Positions 13,701 through 26,500 of a stretch of DNA of 64,000 bases are shown here, one piece after another (position 1 is the stretch's first letter; each line of letters starts with the position of its first letter). Both the position numbers and the translations under genes were made by a program. Below the pieces are notes generated by a model. That model saw nothing but the letters and a program-made list of their open reading frames with translations. It did not search any database and was not told where the DNA came from. The DNA comes from Enoplolaimus lenunculus. Taxonomy: Eukaryota. Location: assembly GCA_030248215.1 (NCBI GenBank), contig JASANG010000621.1, positions 310,001 through 374,000 on the forward strand, read 5' to 3'.

Positions 13701-16002
13701 TATATATTCGGTATGTATGTATGCATATAGTCTGAATATCTGTTCGCAAGGGAGTTGGTAAATATTCGTTTTACGCAACCCACTCGCATACAGATTGTAA
13801 CAATAAATAAGCTTCAAGTTGGGTGTAAGCCTCGACTTAAATTCTAAGCGAAATAATAATGAACAGTAATGTTGGGGTTTTTTACCTTATAACCTTGTTG
13901 TGCTAATTGCAACAAAACTGTCATTTTTGTATAACTACGAACACGATAAAGGATGTAGCTATAAACCAAGACATGTTGAGCCAGCTATTTTCATCAATTC
14001 AAAATTTATGTAATATAAACCAGTTTGCTCTGTGACAGCTGAAATACTATTGGTGTGTTAATATCCTTTGCCTAATTTAAGTACCTTTTGGAAACGAGAA
14101 ATTGGCTAAGTAAGTGTTTACTTCGAAACTATTCATGTATTTCTAGTTTTGTTAACTGAACTGTTGTTATTTGTGACCATAAGCTTAAGTTTTGCATTGT
14201 ATCAAACTTAGAGCAGTAGGCAAACTCTTAATTCGTGCTACTTGTAACATTTAGTGTACATTTTTGTTCTATATGTTTAATCTCATTTAATTTACTGGTG
14301 CTTGACCCATGCAGTCCGATCTATAAAGGGATCAATGGTTGGTACTACTTCTGAACTGAAAATTGACGCCGTGTGTTTTCTAACGGAGTTTTCAAAGGTT
14401 TATAGAATTAAATTGACAATACCGCATCTGATGTTGCAAATATTTTTTCTAAAACAGCGCTACACGGCAAAAAATGGTGAATCAAATTGACTCTCCGAAA
14501 TAGGCTCTACGGGACTACACAAACTGCGTCAAATTCGACTCCGCAAGAGCCTAATTTGACTCACTGAGCCGCACGTTTGACTCTGGTGGAGTCGAATTTG
14601 ACTCAGTTTGTATAGTCCCGTAGAACCTATTTCGGAGCGAGTCAATTGGACTCACCATTTTTTGCAGTGTATTTTTATCGATCAATTCTGATTAAATGAT
14701 TTGTATTACTGACAATGATCCACATCAGGATGACACGTAGTTCTTTAAACACATTTAGGGGGTCTGAAGATATATGTTGAAGTGTTTAATAGCTCCAGAG
14801 CAAAAAAACTTGCTGTAAGAAATAGTTTGGACGTTACTGTGGTGACAAGAATAAGAGGGTCAGGTAAATAAGGGTCCGGAATTCCTTGTTTGACTTTCAA
14901 TCAATAGGAGTCTATTTTTCTAATTAGAGTCCGTTAATGGATACCGTCCAATGACTTACTAATTGGTACATAAACATCAATCACCCCATGTGTTATCCAA
15001 ATAACTAGAGCTGGGTTAAAATTATTAAAAAAATATATATAATGGTCCTGAAGCGAATAGCTAGAAGGGGTACCCTCTGCAGAAGCGAAATAAATATCAG
15101 ACTTCCATCTTATTCAAGCCACTACAGTATGCCTTTTAGCCTCCTTAACCATGATATCGCACCCACAAACACACAAAATTACTTGAGAGGTTCAACGAAA
15201 TTAGGTATGTGACAGAATTTAACACATTTTACTAACCATAAATTTTTATTATCAAACATTTCTATTAACCTGTACTAAATAAAGTAGTTGATAAACATGT
15301 CCTAGACCTATAATCAATCAGGGTGTAAACGGATAGTAAAAATATCGGAAGCGGAAACGAAAACGGATAGTGATCAAAATAACGGAAACGGAAGAGGATA
15401 TTGAAGTATAAAAGTTTCAAAAACGTTTTATTTTTCCGCCATTACAATTGAGGCCTGCAAATATTTACCGGTACAAAATTTTTTAAGGAAAAATGGCGGA
15501 TGCATAGAAATTTTTAAGATTTTGGATGAATTTCGTAATTTTTAATTCATTTCAAATTGCAGCATATCTGTAAATCAAAAATTGCGAGAGATGTACGTGA
15601 CTTATAACTAATTTTGAACGTAAAAATAACAGAATTTCCGTTATTTCTATAACGGCAACGAAAACGGACACCGATTTTTATCGGAAACGGAAATGGATAT
15701 TCGGTTACACCCTGCGTGTAATACAAATCTATCTATCACATACAACATACGCACACCCATCGAACAATATCTGCATTTCCTCGGAAATTTTCAAAAAATA
15801 CACACGGTTTTTTCTATTTTTCCAGAATATCATCGCAAACCCAGCACGAAACAACAACAACAGCACAAACATAGAATCACACGAAGGCCTCACTTATGCT
15901 GAACTGGACCTGGTCCGCGATTCAAGCCGGCCGCCGCCGCCTGCATATCAGCCCACAGAATACGCACATATACAACCACCGAAAACTCCTGTATCAATCT
16001 AG
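4787..16002 (+). CDS. Ig-superfamily single-pass cell adhesion protein (Fasciclin-3/nephrin-like), spliced isoform of ~699 aa
   Basis: Phase-consistent GT-AG exons: 4787-4835 (signal peptide MFVLCFVVVYQLISIL), 5171-5980, 6691-6974, 9131-9281, 9804-9985, 10567-10708, 10913-11041 (TM ISLAIGLAIALFIILLLVSLVYCW), 11611-11647, 11989-12127, 15826-16002; total 2100 nt. Ig motifs CSVAANPEP..W, CAARAYPLPAMTW and GSYWCTA. The membrane-proximal FCSNPPP..W..CY..L.VEN..G domain resembles Fasciclin-3 domain 3. Confidence 0.85.
11989..12469 (+). CDS. Alternative extended terminal exon of the Ig protein (isoform of ~754 aa ending KEVAV)
   Basis: The frame stays open past the donor at 12128 for 114 more codons to TAA at 12467-12469, ending in the PDZ-ligand-like YVSKEVAV. 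Confidence 0.65.
14463..14669. mobile_element. Palindromic Tc1/mariner-type MITE
   Basis: Ends CACGGCAAAAAATGGTG...CACCATTTTTTGCAGTG with ~80-bp inverted arms and TA on both sides. A related copy with nested inserts lies at 61315-61686. Confidence 0.8.
15319..15714 (+). mobile_element. hAT-like MITE (CAGGGTGTAA family)
   Basis: TIRs CAGGGTGTAAACGG / CGGTTACACCCTG; collinear with the copy at 18864-19247; no clear TSD. Confidence 0.75.
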
Positions 16003-18863
16003 CCTACTACAACATCTAATTCAATTAATCATTTAAATCAAAACAGCGAAAATTTATCTGGGGGTAAACAGAACGATCCCTCTTCACTAGCTCATGCCTC
16101 TGGCCCTGTGACTAAATCCGCTTCAAACAATAGTATTGTATAGCACAGAAAAACTCGTGAAGATATGTGCTATATAACAATACTGATCGCACAGTGACGT
16201 TCAACCGCAGAACGTAATCTGGTGTGTACGTCAGTTATTCTGGAGTATGAATGTACACGTAAACACCAAAAAAAATATCAAGTTCTCGGTATTTTTATCC
16301 AATTCGGTGACAGTGAATCTCTGAACGCATTAAAAATGTGTTAATTTTAAGTTATAAATCTGTTTATTTTAAAATGAAATGCGTAGCTAAACTTTATTAG
16401 TGTAATATATTGGCTATGAATGATCGAAAGGTAATTATCATATGATTCGAAATTTCAACTAGCTCTAATTTTAAACTTCACGTTTAAGTTTAAACGTATG
16501 TGACCGTACAATACAGTCAGCTCTTCATGTTACAAAAGTGAAACAAATTTGAAGCCAGGAGCATGCGAAGGTTTCGCATAATTTACAACCGAGTTCAAAA
16601 CTTTTCCCAACCGGGCTTATATTTTTTCTACAATGGAGTCACCTTCTCCCGTTTGGTGACAGACCTGCCTGAAATGCAGGGCCGTAGCCGGCTCACCTAG
16701 CTAAGGGGGGCTAAAGTAGGAGGGGCATACAAGGGTTTTGAATGATGTGCCAGCACAGTTGAAAATTTTTTAGAGGGGGCCAATACTTTTCCAAGGGGGT
16801 TGAGCTCCCTTGGCTACCGGCTCGTTAAAATGCATTCAATATCTTCTGCTAGACGCCAGCTGAAAACAAATATGTTGGGCTGCTATAATAGATAATCTAT
16901 TTACCGTGGATGCTGAAATCAGCATGTTTGCATCCGTAGCAAAACCTTAAGGCCAGCGTTTGATTTCTAAAATTGGTAACGTTTTACTTTTAACGTCTTA
17001 ACTTTTCGTTAACGATTGCTCTATTGCTAATCCTTAGAACAAAACACACTCCTAAAAATGCAACATGCCACAAAATTTGTAACATATCAATCAACTGTAT
17101 TGTGATTTTAAATGTTTTGTATAATTGAACCGTTGTGCAACACATGTGCAATAAAACTGGACATTTTTATAGGCGAATGCGGATCAGACGCTAAATACAT
17201 GCAATTAGCCATACGCCATCGTAGGAACCCCAGCAGTGGTAAATGCTCAAAACTAACCATGATTAATAATCAAACAAATCGCCCATGTATAGAACAGGAC
17301 CGGATCGTTTTCTGGAGGGGCTATTAATAGTCAGGTTAAGCTTTAGACTAATTTTTTTGCTTAGGCTTAGGCTTAGGCTTAGGAATTTGCATCGAATACG
17401 CACCGTCATATACTAAATTTATTACCTTTGCAAGAAACAAAATCTAAAATATAAACATATGCCAAGTCGCATCGTGAGATTACATACTGGGCGTTATTTT
17501 AAATTCTAACCGCTCTTGGTTTAGTAAAACGCGAAATCTAACCGAGTATGATGCTAATCAGTAAAAGGCTAGCTTGCAAATCTGGCACTCTGTGAAGGGC
17601 ACATTTTCGACTTTCCCATGACACAGAACCCATGAGCTCATAACATTTGAAATCAAACCCGCACGCTGAGCGATTTCTTATACACCATAACAGTCCAAAG
17701 GTACTTTATCAGTGATTGTAGCTGTCTGAATAATAAACAGCTTAGTGGTGGGTTGGGGCGACAACCCCACCCTGCTTCGTGTTCTTTCAAAATGCGGAAG
17801 GTTCAAGGAAGCCGCAGCCCCCCCTGAACGAGAAAATTGCGAAATTGATTCAAAGTTTGATTGTTGCAGAAAAAGTTTTTTCGGTCTAGTGATGCGGGCA
17901 ATTGTGTATCCAAAGGTTGGCGGGTGGGCGTACGTCCCCCGTCAGAATATTTTTTGCGATAAAATGGTAACGTCCGTACAATTTTCCCACTCAGAAATTT
18001 CTTGTTATAAAATGACAAGGCCTCGACCTTGCAATTTTCCTCCCTCTGAAAATTATTGTACAAAAATTAGGTCCGTACCTTACAATTTTATCCCCTGAGA
18101 AAAATTTTGTGAATAACTTGCAGTGGTTTAAAAATCAGACGGAGACTACCCAAATCAACTCAATCTCAGGTGGCCAACGCAAGTATTTATTTGTCAGTAA
18201 CAATCTTTTAAACCGATACCCAGCACTATTGAAGCAGTTGCATAATGAATAATTATTTATAGAACTGTATGTTTTATGCTCATAGCGTTCAGCTTGTGGG
18301 ACAGGGTACTTCACTTAGAGGCAACAATTTGAAACCAGTGCTTGAGAAACGAAAATTGAGGTTTGGAAACTCAACACACGCAAAATCGACTTTCGGATAT
18401 ATCCGAAATAGAAAATTTAATTTCGCATATCCCCATATCCGTATAAATATCCGGCAAGAATTGCCAGGTATCCGTATATGAAAAATATTCGATGTCCATC
18501 ACTACTTGGGACAGCTGCTCTTTCCTGTACTCAAAAGGGTTATCAACCACCTTAGAAACATTTTCGCCTCACAACTTTTAGCCCCGCTTCTCTGAGTTTC
18601 AAAGTATGATAGCGCTAAAAACTATTTTACCCCCTAGCATGCGTAGCTGACTACGGGCCTGCAACCACTGTGCACATAAAATATCATTCTTGAATTGTTA
18701 AAACACAAACTATAACGGTAAAATTACTAAATTTAATACGTATCAAACCTACTTATTGAGCGAATAAAATCACACTTCAGATAAAGCATTTACTAATGAC
18801 TGCACGACAATGTAGAGATTACTGGATCTTCCGGGAGGGCAAGAATACCTTATATATGCTCTT

Positions 18864-19247
18864 CAGGGTGTAAACGGAAAGTAAGAATAGCGGAAACGAA
18901 TAGTGATCAATATAACGGAAGCGGAAAACGGATATTGTAGTATACAAGGTTCAACAATGTGTTATTTTTCTGCCAATACAATTTGGCGTGCATATTATAT
19001 TCACCGGTGTTTTAAAAATTTTAAAGAAAAAAATGGCGGATGCATCTAAATTTTAAACATTTTGGATGAATTTCGTAATTTTTATTTCATATCGAATATT
19101 GCCGCATATATGTAATCAAAAATTGTGAGATATATACATGATTTATAACTAATTTTGAACGTAAAAATAACAGTTTTCTATATTTGTATAACGTAAGCGG
19201 AAACGGACACCGATTTTAACCGGAAACGGATATCCGGTTACACCCTG
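18864..19247 (+). mobile_element. hAT-like MITE (CAGGGTGTAA family)
   Basis: TIRs CAGGGTGTAA / TTACACCCTG; near-perfect 8-bp TSD ATGCTCTT/GTGCTCTT. Confidence 0.8.
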
Positions 19248-20076
19248 GTGCTCTTACGATTTAGAATTAAAACTTTGGAAATATTACAAATCACAATGTT
19301 TCCCAAAACGCGCAGCCAGGCATTTATTTAGAGTGGAATTTACTTCCTCTACATGCTAAGAACTAGTATAGTGAGCAAAATTTTCGTTTACCTGCGTATA
19401 TATGCTGTTCTATACGGCCTGTAAAAGTATCTTTTTCAAGCCTTTCCAGAAGTTTCGGTGACGATAAATCTTCCATACATTACACCCTTGATGTTTCATT
19501 CATAGTAATCACCAAAGGCGTACAATATATCTTCGAAAATGTATAATATCCCCGCAAAATTCTGTAACTTTCCTTGGCTGCTGAGAAGTATGTATTGAGT
19601 AGCGAAATCTCTGGGTGATGCTGGGCCTAGACGAAATATAGTGGGACAGTAGCAAATTTTTGTACCTTAAAATTTATATTTTCGTACTATACGCCTTAGC
19701 TGGATAAGCATCTACTCCAAAAAATCTGCGGTGCACGTACCCCGCCTCAATTTAATGCTCATGCTCGACGCTAAAGCATCGTCTAAATTATATTTAAAAT
19801 GTCTGGAAATTGAAACTAATTTTTAGTTATAGCAGAGGGGTGAAAAAGCGGAGAAGGTCAACTTGCGGAAGGGTTGAAGTCGGGGTGAAACTCAAATATG
19901 AGTGGACCCCTCCGTTACTAGGGAATCCTCAGAATTTCACAGTTCATGGCGAGTTTTTTATTGACAATTTACATTGCAACGCCTTCAAATATTCCAGTAC
20001 AATAACAATAGCACCACAGCATAAAATCGAAAAGGAATAAAAAAATTAAATCATATTCCCAAAGCTTTTGTCAGCG

Positions 20077-22593
20077 CTATCTTTGTATCATCGCTTCTTG
20101 TTGTAGCCTTGACTGATATGCACCAGATACGTGATTCCAAACATCCATAAACCGATCCATACAGTAAGATAGGCATTTCTGCAATTAGCACAAAAGGAAA
20201 GTGAAAAATGCTAGCTGACGTGCAAAAAGAAGCAACATAAGGCTTTAGAGATATGTTACTTCTTTAGGGCCGTCCCGTTTTCTGGTGGGACTGCAAAACA
20301 GTTGGCTCAAATTCTAAGACAATATTTTTTCTTCGGCTTTGTAGGCTTACGTTTACGCTTATTTTAACGGTTACGCTCGGGCTTAGAGGAATGTCACAAA
20401 ACATATTTCCTTATTTAAAAACACAGTAATCTCATAGCTTAGAATGTGCAATCACAGCTGCACGCTACCCGCGGGTAACGCAGGTACAGGTAAGAAAAAT
20501 TTGACGCGGGCATACCTGCGAGTAACGAATTTCAAACTTGGGTACAAATTTGTGATTCTTTACCCGCCTAAAATTTTCATAAAAACGGCAAACATCGGTT
20601 TATAGTACATAGCTAGTATTCCTCATAATAAAGCCGGTTGCTAAGATCATAGTTCTGGCTGAATTAGGCTCATGCACGCAGGAATACTTTTCAAATACTC
20701 GCTTTTCCTACAGAGGTTATATTTTTCTGCAGCTTTGAACAATATGTTCACAAGTCTTCTAAATGAAATCTTAGGACAAGTTGCGACGAAACCACACAGA
20801 AACGTGTGGTTATACGATTTTGTCTAAAATGACTTCGTACAGATAACAATGTGCAGTATTATCCGGTGTAACATTTTTTACTGAATGGTTTGTTTCCAAA
20901 GTTACTAATAAAGATTTTTGTAACGTAAATCGAGTGAGTAACATCCATACACTGTAAAATTACACAACTGTATTGAACAAAGAAGAAAACATAAGGGCAA
21001 GTAAAGGCGGGTAGTGGGTAAAGAAATTTTGCGTGGGTATACCCGAAGGTAAAAAATAAAATTTCCGCGGGTAAAACGCAGCGCGGGTAAAAAATCTTTA
21101 CCAATTTACACCTCTGTGTGCAACAAATACAGATCTTCAATTTGCTAAGGACGAGGTTTTTGCAGTTTTAAACACGGGCAATACGAAATTTTTTGAAATA
21201 TCGGTTTTGTAAAGATCGGGGGCAGAACCTTATTCCGTGGGACGGGAGTAGAGATAGTTTAAGCTATAGACTTTTTTGCTTAGGCCTAGTTCTAGGAACA
21301 TGCTTAGACTACAATTCTGGCAATTGTTTGATGCGTTCTGTTTTAACTTTTGGCACAACTTTGACGAAAGAATTGCCGATGTTTTGTACAACATAATCAT
21401 AAAACCAAACGATTTAACAATACATTACAGATAATTGCTAAAATGAATAAATTGAACATCATTTTAATTACATAATTTTGCCTCTCCTCCGGTTCCGGCA
21501 AGTTTTCTTAACCTCCGGCTCCAGTATTTTTCACCTCCGGTTGCACCCTGATTGGCCCGTCTATTTTTAGCAGGTTTGTTATAAAGACGCATAATTACAG
21601 GTCGCTTGAATTCGCCTTGGCCTCATGTGATAAACGTTCAGAGAACGAGGTCATTGGACGCCGTCCTTCCAAAATGTCAAAAGGCAAAAATTTGTACTGA
21701 ATTTACCATGCACCCAGTATGGCAGGTCCGTACTAAGCTCAGCATGAGGCATAGCAAACGATTTTAAAATGTGCATGCGGAGAATTCACATGACTTACAA
21801 GCAGAGCTAAAATGTTTATGACACCACACCTTACTTCTTCTGACTTGTCAAGCGAGGTTCCTGGCTTTGTAATACACTTCTTCACACATTTATCCGACAT
21901 TCGCTGAAAAACATACAAATATATATTGTTAACTTTTCTAGCTAGCAATGTTAATGCAGAGGCAAAGCATAAGGAAAAAATAGTATAAAATGTAATCCTA
22001 CTTTAGTTGCACTCGTGAAACAAAACGAGACTGCAGTAAACAAGCAACATAGGTTAAAGCTAATAAGCTAGCACTATTGCAGTCCCATGAAAACGATCCA
22101 GCCCACAGCTACACATGGGCACAAATCCCAACCTTGCCAAAACTATCACAAATATATTAATTAAAGTAGTTTCCTGTCAGTAGTTTGTAAACTATGCGAA
22201 AAAGGTACTTATTTGTTATTTTAGGTTCGTCCACGTCGAAAAACCACAGACGAATTCAAACATGAAATCCTCTAAGTTTCGAAAACGTAGGCCAATGTAC
22301 AAAACAGAGGCAGAACAGTATTATACGCATATTCCTAAGCTTAAGAATATGCCTAAGCGTAAAAATGAGCGTATTCCTAAAAGCCTGAGCCAAGCAAAAA
22401 ACTTAGTCTACAGCTTAAGCTTACTTTACTACAGTCCCACAGAAAACCGTTCCGCTCATGATCTTTACATGGGCCAAAACTCAAAACTCACCTGCAGTAG
22501 TTCTTGAGCGTTAATCACAGCCATTTGTTGTTTAACGTCGTGAATTATCGTTTCGCGCTGACCAGAATCCATTTTGCTATAATCAACATCCAT
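20077..22593 (-). CDS. TIMM13: Mitochondrial intermembrane-space small Tim chaperone Tim13, 90 aa
   Basis: Exons 22593-22492, 21903-21835 and 20178-20077 give [90 protein letters not shown]. Twin CX3C motif plus Tim13-type NAQELLQRM and CMDR.MD.WN.VS.AY.SRLQ. Confidence 0.95.
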
Positions 22594-23145
22594 ATTTTGA
22601 TAAACTTCTTTAAAATATCCTTAAAATGTACCTTTAAAATATCCTTAAAATGTACCTTTGAATTTTGTGACCAAGTAATTTTTGTTAATATCAATGAGCG
22701 GTGACTTTGTATTCGTTTTGGACTGAAATCATAGAATAGACATTGTATTACCCGTTTTCTGCACAACATAATTTAAAATTATAGCGTCTGTTGTGCCGCA
22801 GCCGGATCTCGGGTTGCAGAACTATAAGACAGTTTAATATTAAGTCCTGTTATGCAATTAAATGGAATTTCAATGTCCTAGCAGCACGCTATTTGTTCTA
22901 ATCATAGGCTTCCAGATTTACAAAAAAATCAACTTATAGACGTTAATATTTACTGATCACAAAATATATAAAGTTTCATAAAATCAGTGAGATTAACATA
23001 AGCAGAATATTCTATTTCACACAGAATGAACCCGCGTGCACAAATCTTATGACGTATGCATCATTCACTGTTTGTAATTCTTGGTTGGTTACCTTAAACC
23101 GGACCATGTAAAGATCAACGGCGGATTGTAATAGAACACGTTTAA

Positions 23146-23408
23146 CCCTTTACCACATGAATATTTTCTATTTCCCTTGAGACCTACTTTTATGCTAGGA
23201 TTCGAACTCCAGTGATTGGAGTGGGAGGCGTTTACCGTCACCATTCAGCTATAGGAGCTTGACGCTCGAGCCCGAGGGGACTCTCACGTCTTGTGGTGAT
23301 TTAGTATTATGTATACGTGTTGCAATTGTTAAACACAGTACGATATATATTATTTTACGTATATACACTACGCTGAGTTGCCTATAGGCAACTCTATGTG
23401 ACAAGGGG
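23146..23408 (-). mobile_element. piggyBac-like MITE carrying a tRNA-like segment
   Basis: TTAA on both sides (23142-45, 23409-12); imperfect TIRs CCCTTTACCACAT / ATGTGACAAGGGG; internal A-box and B-box-like sequences. Homologous to ~62720-62938. Confidence 0.7.
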
Positions 23409-23551
23409 TTAAGCCTGCTAAGGTCATGTTCCATACATTGTCCCTTAAGCCTAAGTTCATATTCAAGTTGTAGCATAAACCTAAAGGCAAGTTATGCTGA
23501 AACCAATTGGATAAGCCAGCGTAACTTTAAAAACAAAATTGGTTCCAAGAT

Positions 23552-26500
23552 TTAGTAACAATCTAAATCTTTAACAGTATAGTTTCTAAGCATACAAATA
23601 TCATCCAGTAATCGTTCGGGGTCAAAATAATACAAATAACAATCAATTTGAGCATCTTTGATTACCAATTCCAAATCAACCGAAGCCAGCGTTTTCATTT
23701 CCGTTCTCATTTCCTCATTCAATTCTATTTTTTTATTTCCGACATCGTCATTATTTCCTTCATCCTTTTGCGCTTCCCTTACGATACACTGAATAGGCTC
23801 ATTTTGTTCACCCCCACCACTTGTTTGCTTGTCACATCCACTTCGGTTCAAAGAGCTCGCATCTAATTTAGGTATCTTCACATCTGGGCTAGTTATATTT
23901 TCGTCCATATTGACAACTGTCGTATCGCCTGATTTTAACCCCTGCCATTCTCGCTGAAACCCATCCAAATCCCGCGCTTTACGCAACCAAAGCCAAACCT
24001 CGTGTGCTAACGCACAAGTGTAAATTAAACTATGTCCGTCAAGTACCATCGCTTTAATCGCAATCCAAAACCCATAACTGCCCAAATAATCCCACCTTCT
24101 ACCTACTCGAAGCAAACCCAACTCAACTTCTTTACAATCCACTGTTGAAGGACTTGTCATTGCTGTAGCTTGATACCTAGACAGCAAGCTATCTGCTCCA
24201 TCCATACCCCGTATATTTATGTGCACACCACTGCCCATGCTAGCTTTCTCGTTATCCACTAAACCATTTTCTGCAACTTCGTGACAACCAGACCTCCCAA
24301 TCTTGCCCGTATCACTCGTTAATCCATTTTCCGGATACCTTGGCTCACTTGGCATATTTTCAACAGGTCTAGCATTACCATCACCGCCATCACATAATTC
24401 TATCTTCGAATTACCAGCAAAACACTGCTCCTTGTTTACCGAATAGCCCCAAATAGCTCGCATCAGATCCACTGCTGCTTCTTTGACAACGCCGTCACAA
24501 TCATCTGATAAATTGATTAGTACATTTTTAATTGATGCAGCCAAATTTGCATCTAACGGTTCGTGTTCGTAAACCCCTTTCGCGAATAGCAACATTTGAG
24601 CTTGCAGATGTTTTGACGAGTTCAAGCTTAACGTATCAAATCTATCGAGCAACTTTGAGCACCACAAAGTCTGAAAAAATTAGTTTACCGTTGTACAAAC
24701 GATATCTTAAGATGCGTAAACAACTCTCATACGTACATTGTTATAAAATCTGTCTCTTCCTTCTTGAATTTTACGCAATATTAAACGGCAACAATTTCGA
24801 AGATAAAAAAAATTAGAAATAATATATACATTTAAAAGACAATCAGGGTGCAACCGGAATTACAATTTACCGGAACCGGAACCGGAATTTGAAAATTTTA
24901 CCGGAACCGGAAAATGAAAAATGCATTTCACCAAAAATTTCATTTTAATCTTATTTTTTGCTCTATTATTTGTGAAATAACCTTAGTCGAACATAGGTAT
25001 TTATTTTATTTGTTGTATTTTAGATTTTCATCATCGACTGAAGTGAAATCCACCATCAATGGCTTATATTCGGAGTACAAGTGGCTTTCAAAAGAGATTC
25101 TTAAAAATTAGCAATGTTAAGAAAACGGCCAAATTATAATACCGGAATTTTTAAATCCGGTAAAAATTTACCGGAACCGGAACCGGAAGGTGAAAAAATG
25201 CCGGAACCGGAACCGGAATTCCGGTTGCACCCTGAAGACAATATCGTAAACCATTTTGTAAACAGTATAGCATTATGGCCGACCTCAATTGCAATTTCAG
25301 CTGCAATACACAATTCTTATCTGAACGTTAAACCAATAAAAATCTACAGAAATACCCACCCTAACTTAAAATTTTGAAAAGATTGTGAAGCAAGCTAGCA
25401 ACAGCATTTACAACACTATGATAATTTAGATTATGTAGCTATGGTAGAAAGCATTAGAACTGAAACATTAAAACATTTGAGAGTTTAGTACACATCATAA
25501 TTTAACTACAAGAAATACATTAACTTACCTGATCGCACTCAACCTGAGCCAGCATTCTGCTCCACATCAAATTTGTTTTCTGGCATCGCGCAAACTTTGT
25601 AAAGAATTTCAAGACAGCAATTTTAGCTTCGTTTGCAACTTTGAATTCTTCTTCATCAGACAGAACCATTACAAACAGTGATGCAGTAATTTTTGGATAA
25701 TCTATAACCAACTAAACTCAGGCAGTTGCTTATCCTATTAAGTTGAACAATTTATACTTACTGGGGTCCAGGCGAAAGCTTTCTTCCATAACAAAAATGG
25801 AAGAACGAAGAGGCCACACTTAAACAAGAGTATGCAACTCTGTACAACTGTATTCTGTATGAATGGCTTTTCACTAATTAAGTGACACGAGAGTTAAACC
25901 TTTATTCCAAAGCATTTCGTATGTAGCTTGTTAATAAAAGTTTGTCATTTTTAATCTTATGCAAGTTTTAAAAACCCACTGCGCAATAGTTTGCAAGAAG
26001 TTATAAGTAGAGTTGCCTCGGGGTCTAGAATTTTACCGGGCCAGGGCCAAAGTTGGACCCAAGGTCACGGTGCCGGCGTCGGCGACGATATCAATCGGGG
26101 CCAAGTTAGAACACCTTCACATAACTATCAACATGAGCAACGATATACGTAATATCAAGAGTGAATGATTTTTACAAGAGTGTGCAACTGGGTAAATTCT
26201 GTGCACAAACAACGTACCCATCGCACGTTGCGTTTTTGGCCTACCCACCCCCTCATTTGGGAGGGGGTACGTTGAAACAATACTTTGAATTTTAGCTAAA
26301 ATCGCTCCGATTATATTTTAACAACTATGTTTACTGTATAGTTTAAGTGGTCAATACCCCCCCCCCAAATCCGGGGGGGGGTACAAAAAATGCAACGCGT
26401 GCTGGTACACTTTGTGTCATGCACTATTGCGTCAGATGCACACTCTTCTGCAGTTGGACATCATCCACTCTTGGTAGCATGTATATGGTGGGTAACTTAC

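Noticed and set aside
22608..22659. 24-bp tandem duplication just upstream of the TIMM13 ATG
   Set aside because: Real, but most simply a slippage duplication with no evidence of function.
24914..25377. Near-identical 65-aa ORFs at 24914 and 47772, plus PEPEPE ORFs
   Set aside because: Chance ORFs inside MITE copies; PE runs come from CCGGAA repeats.
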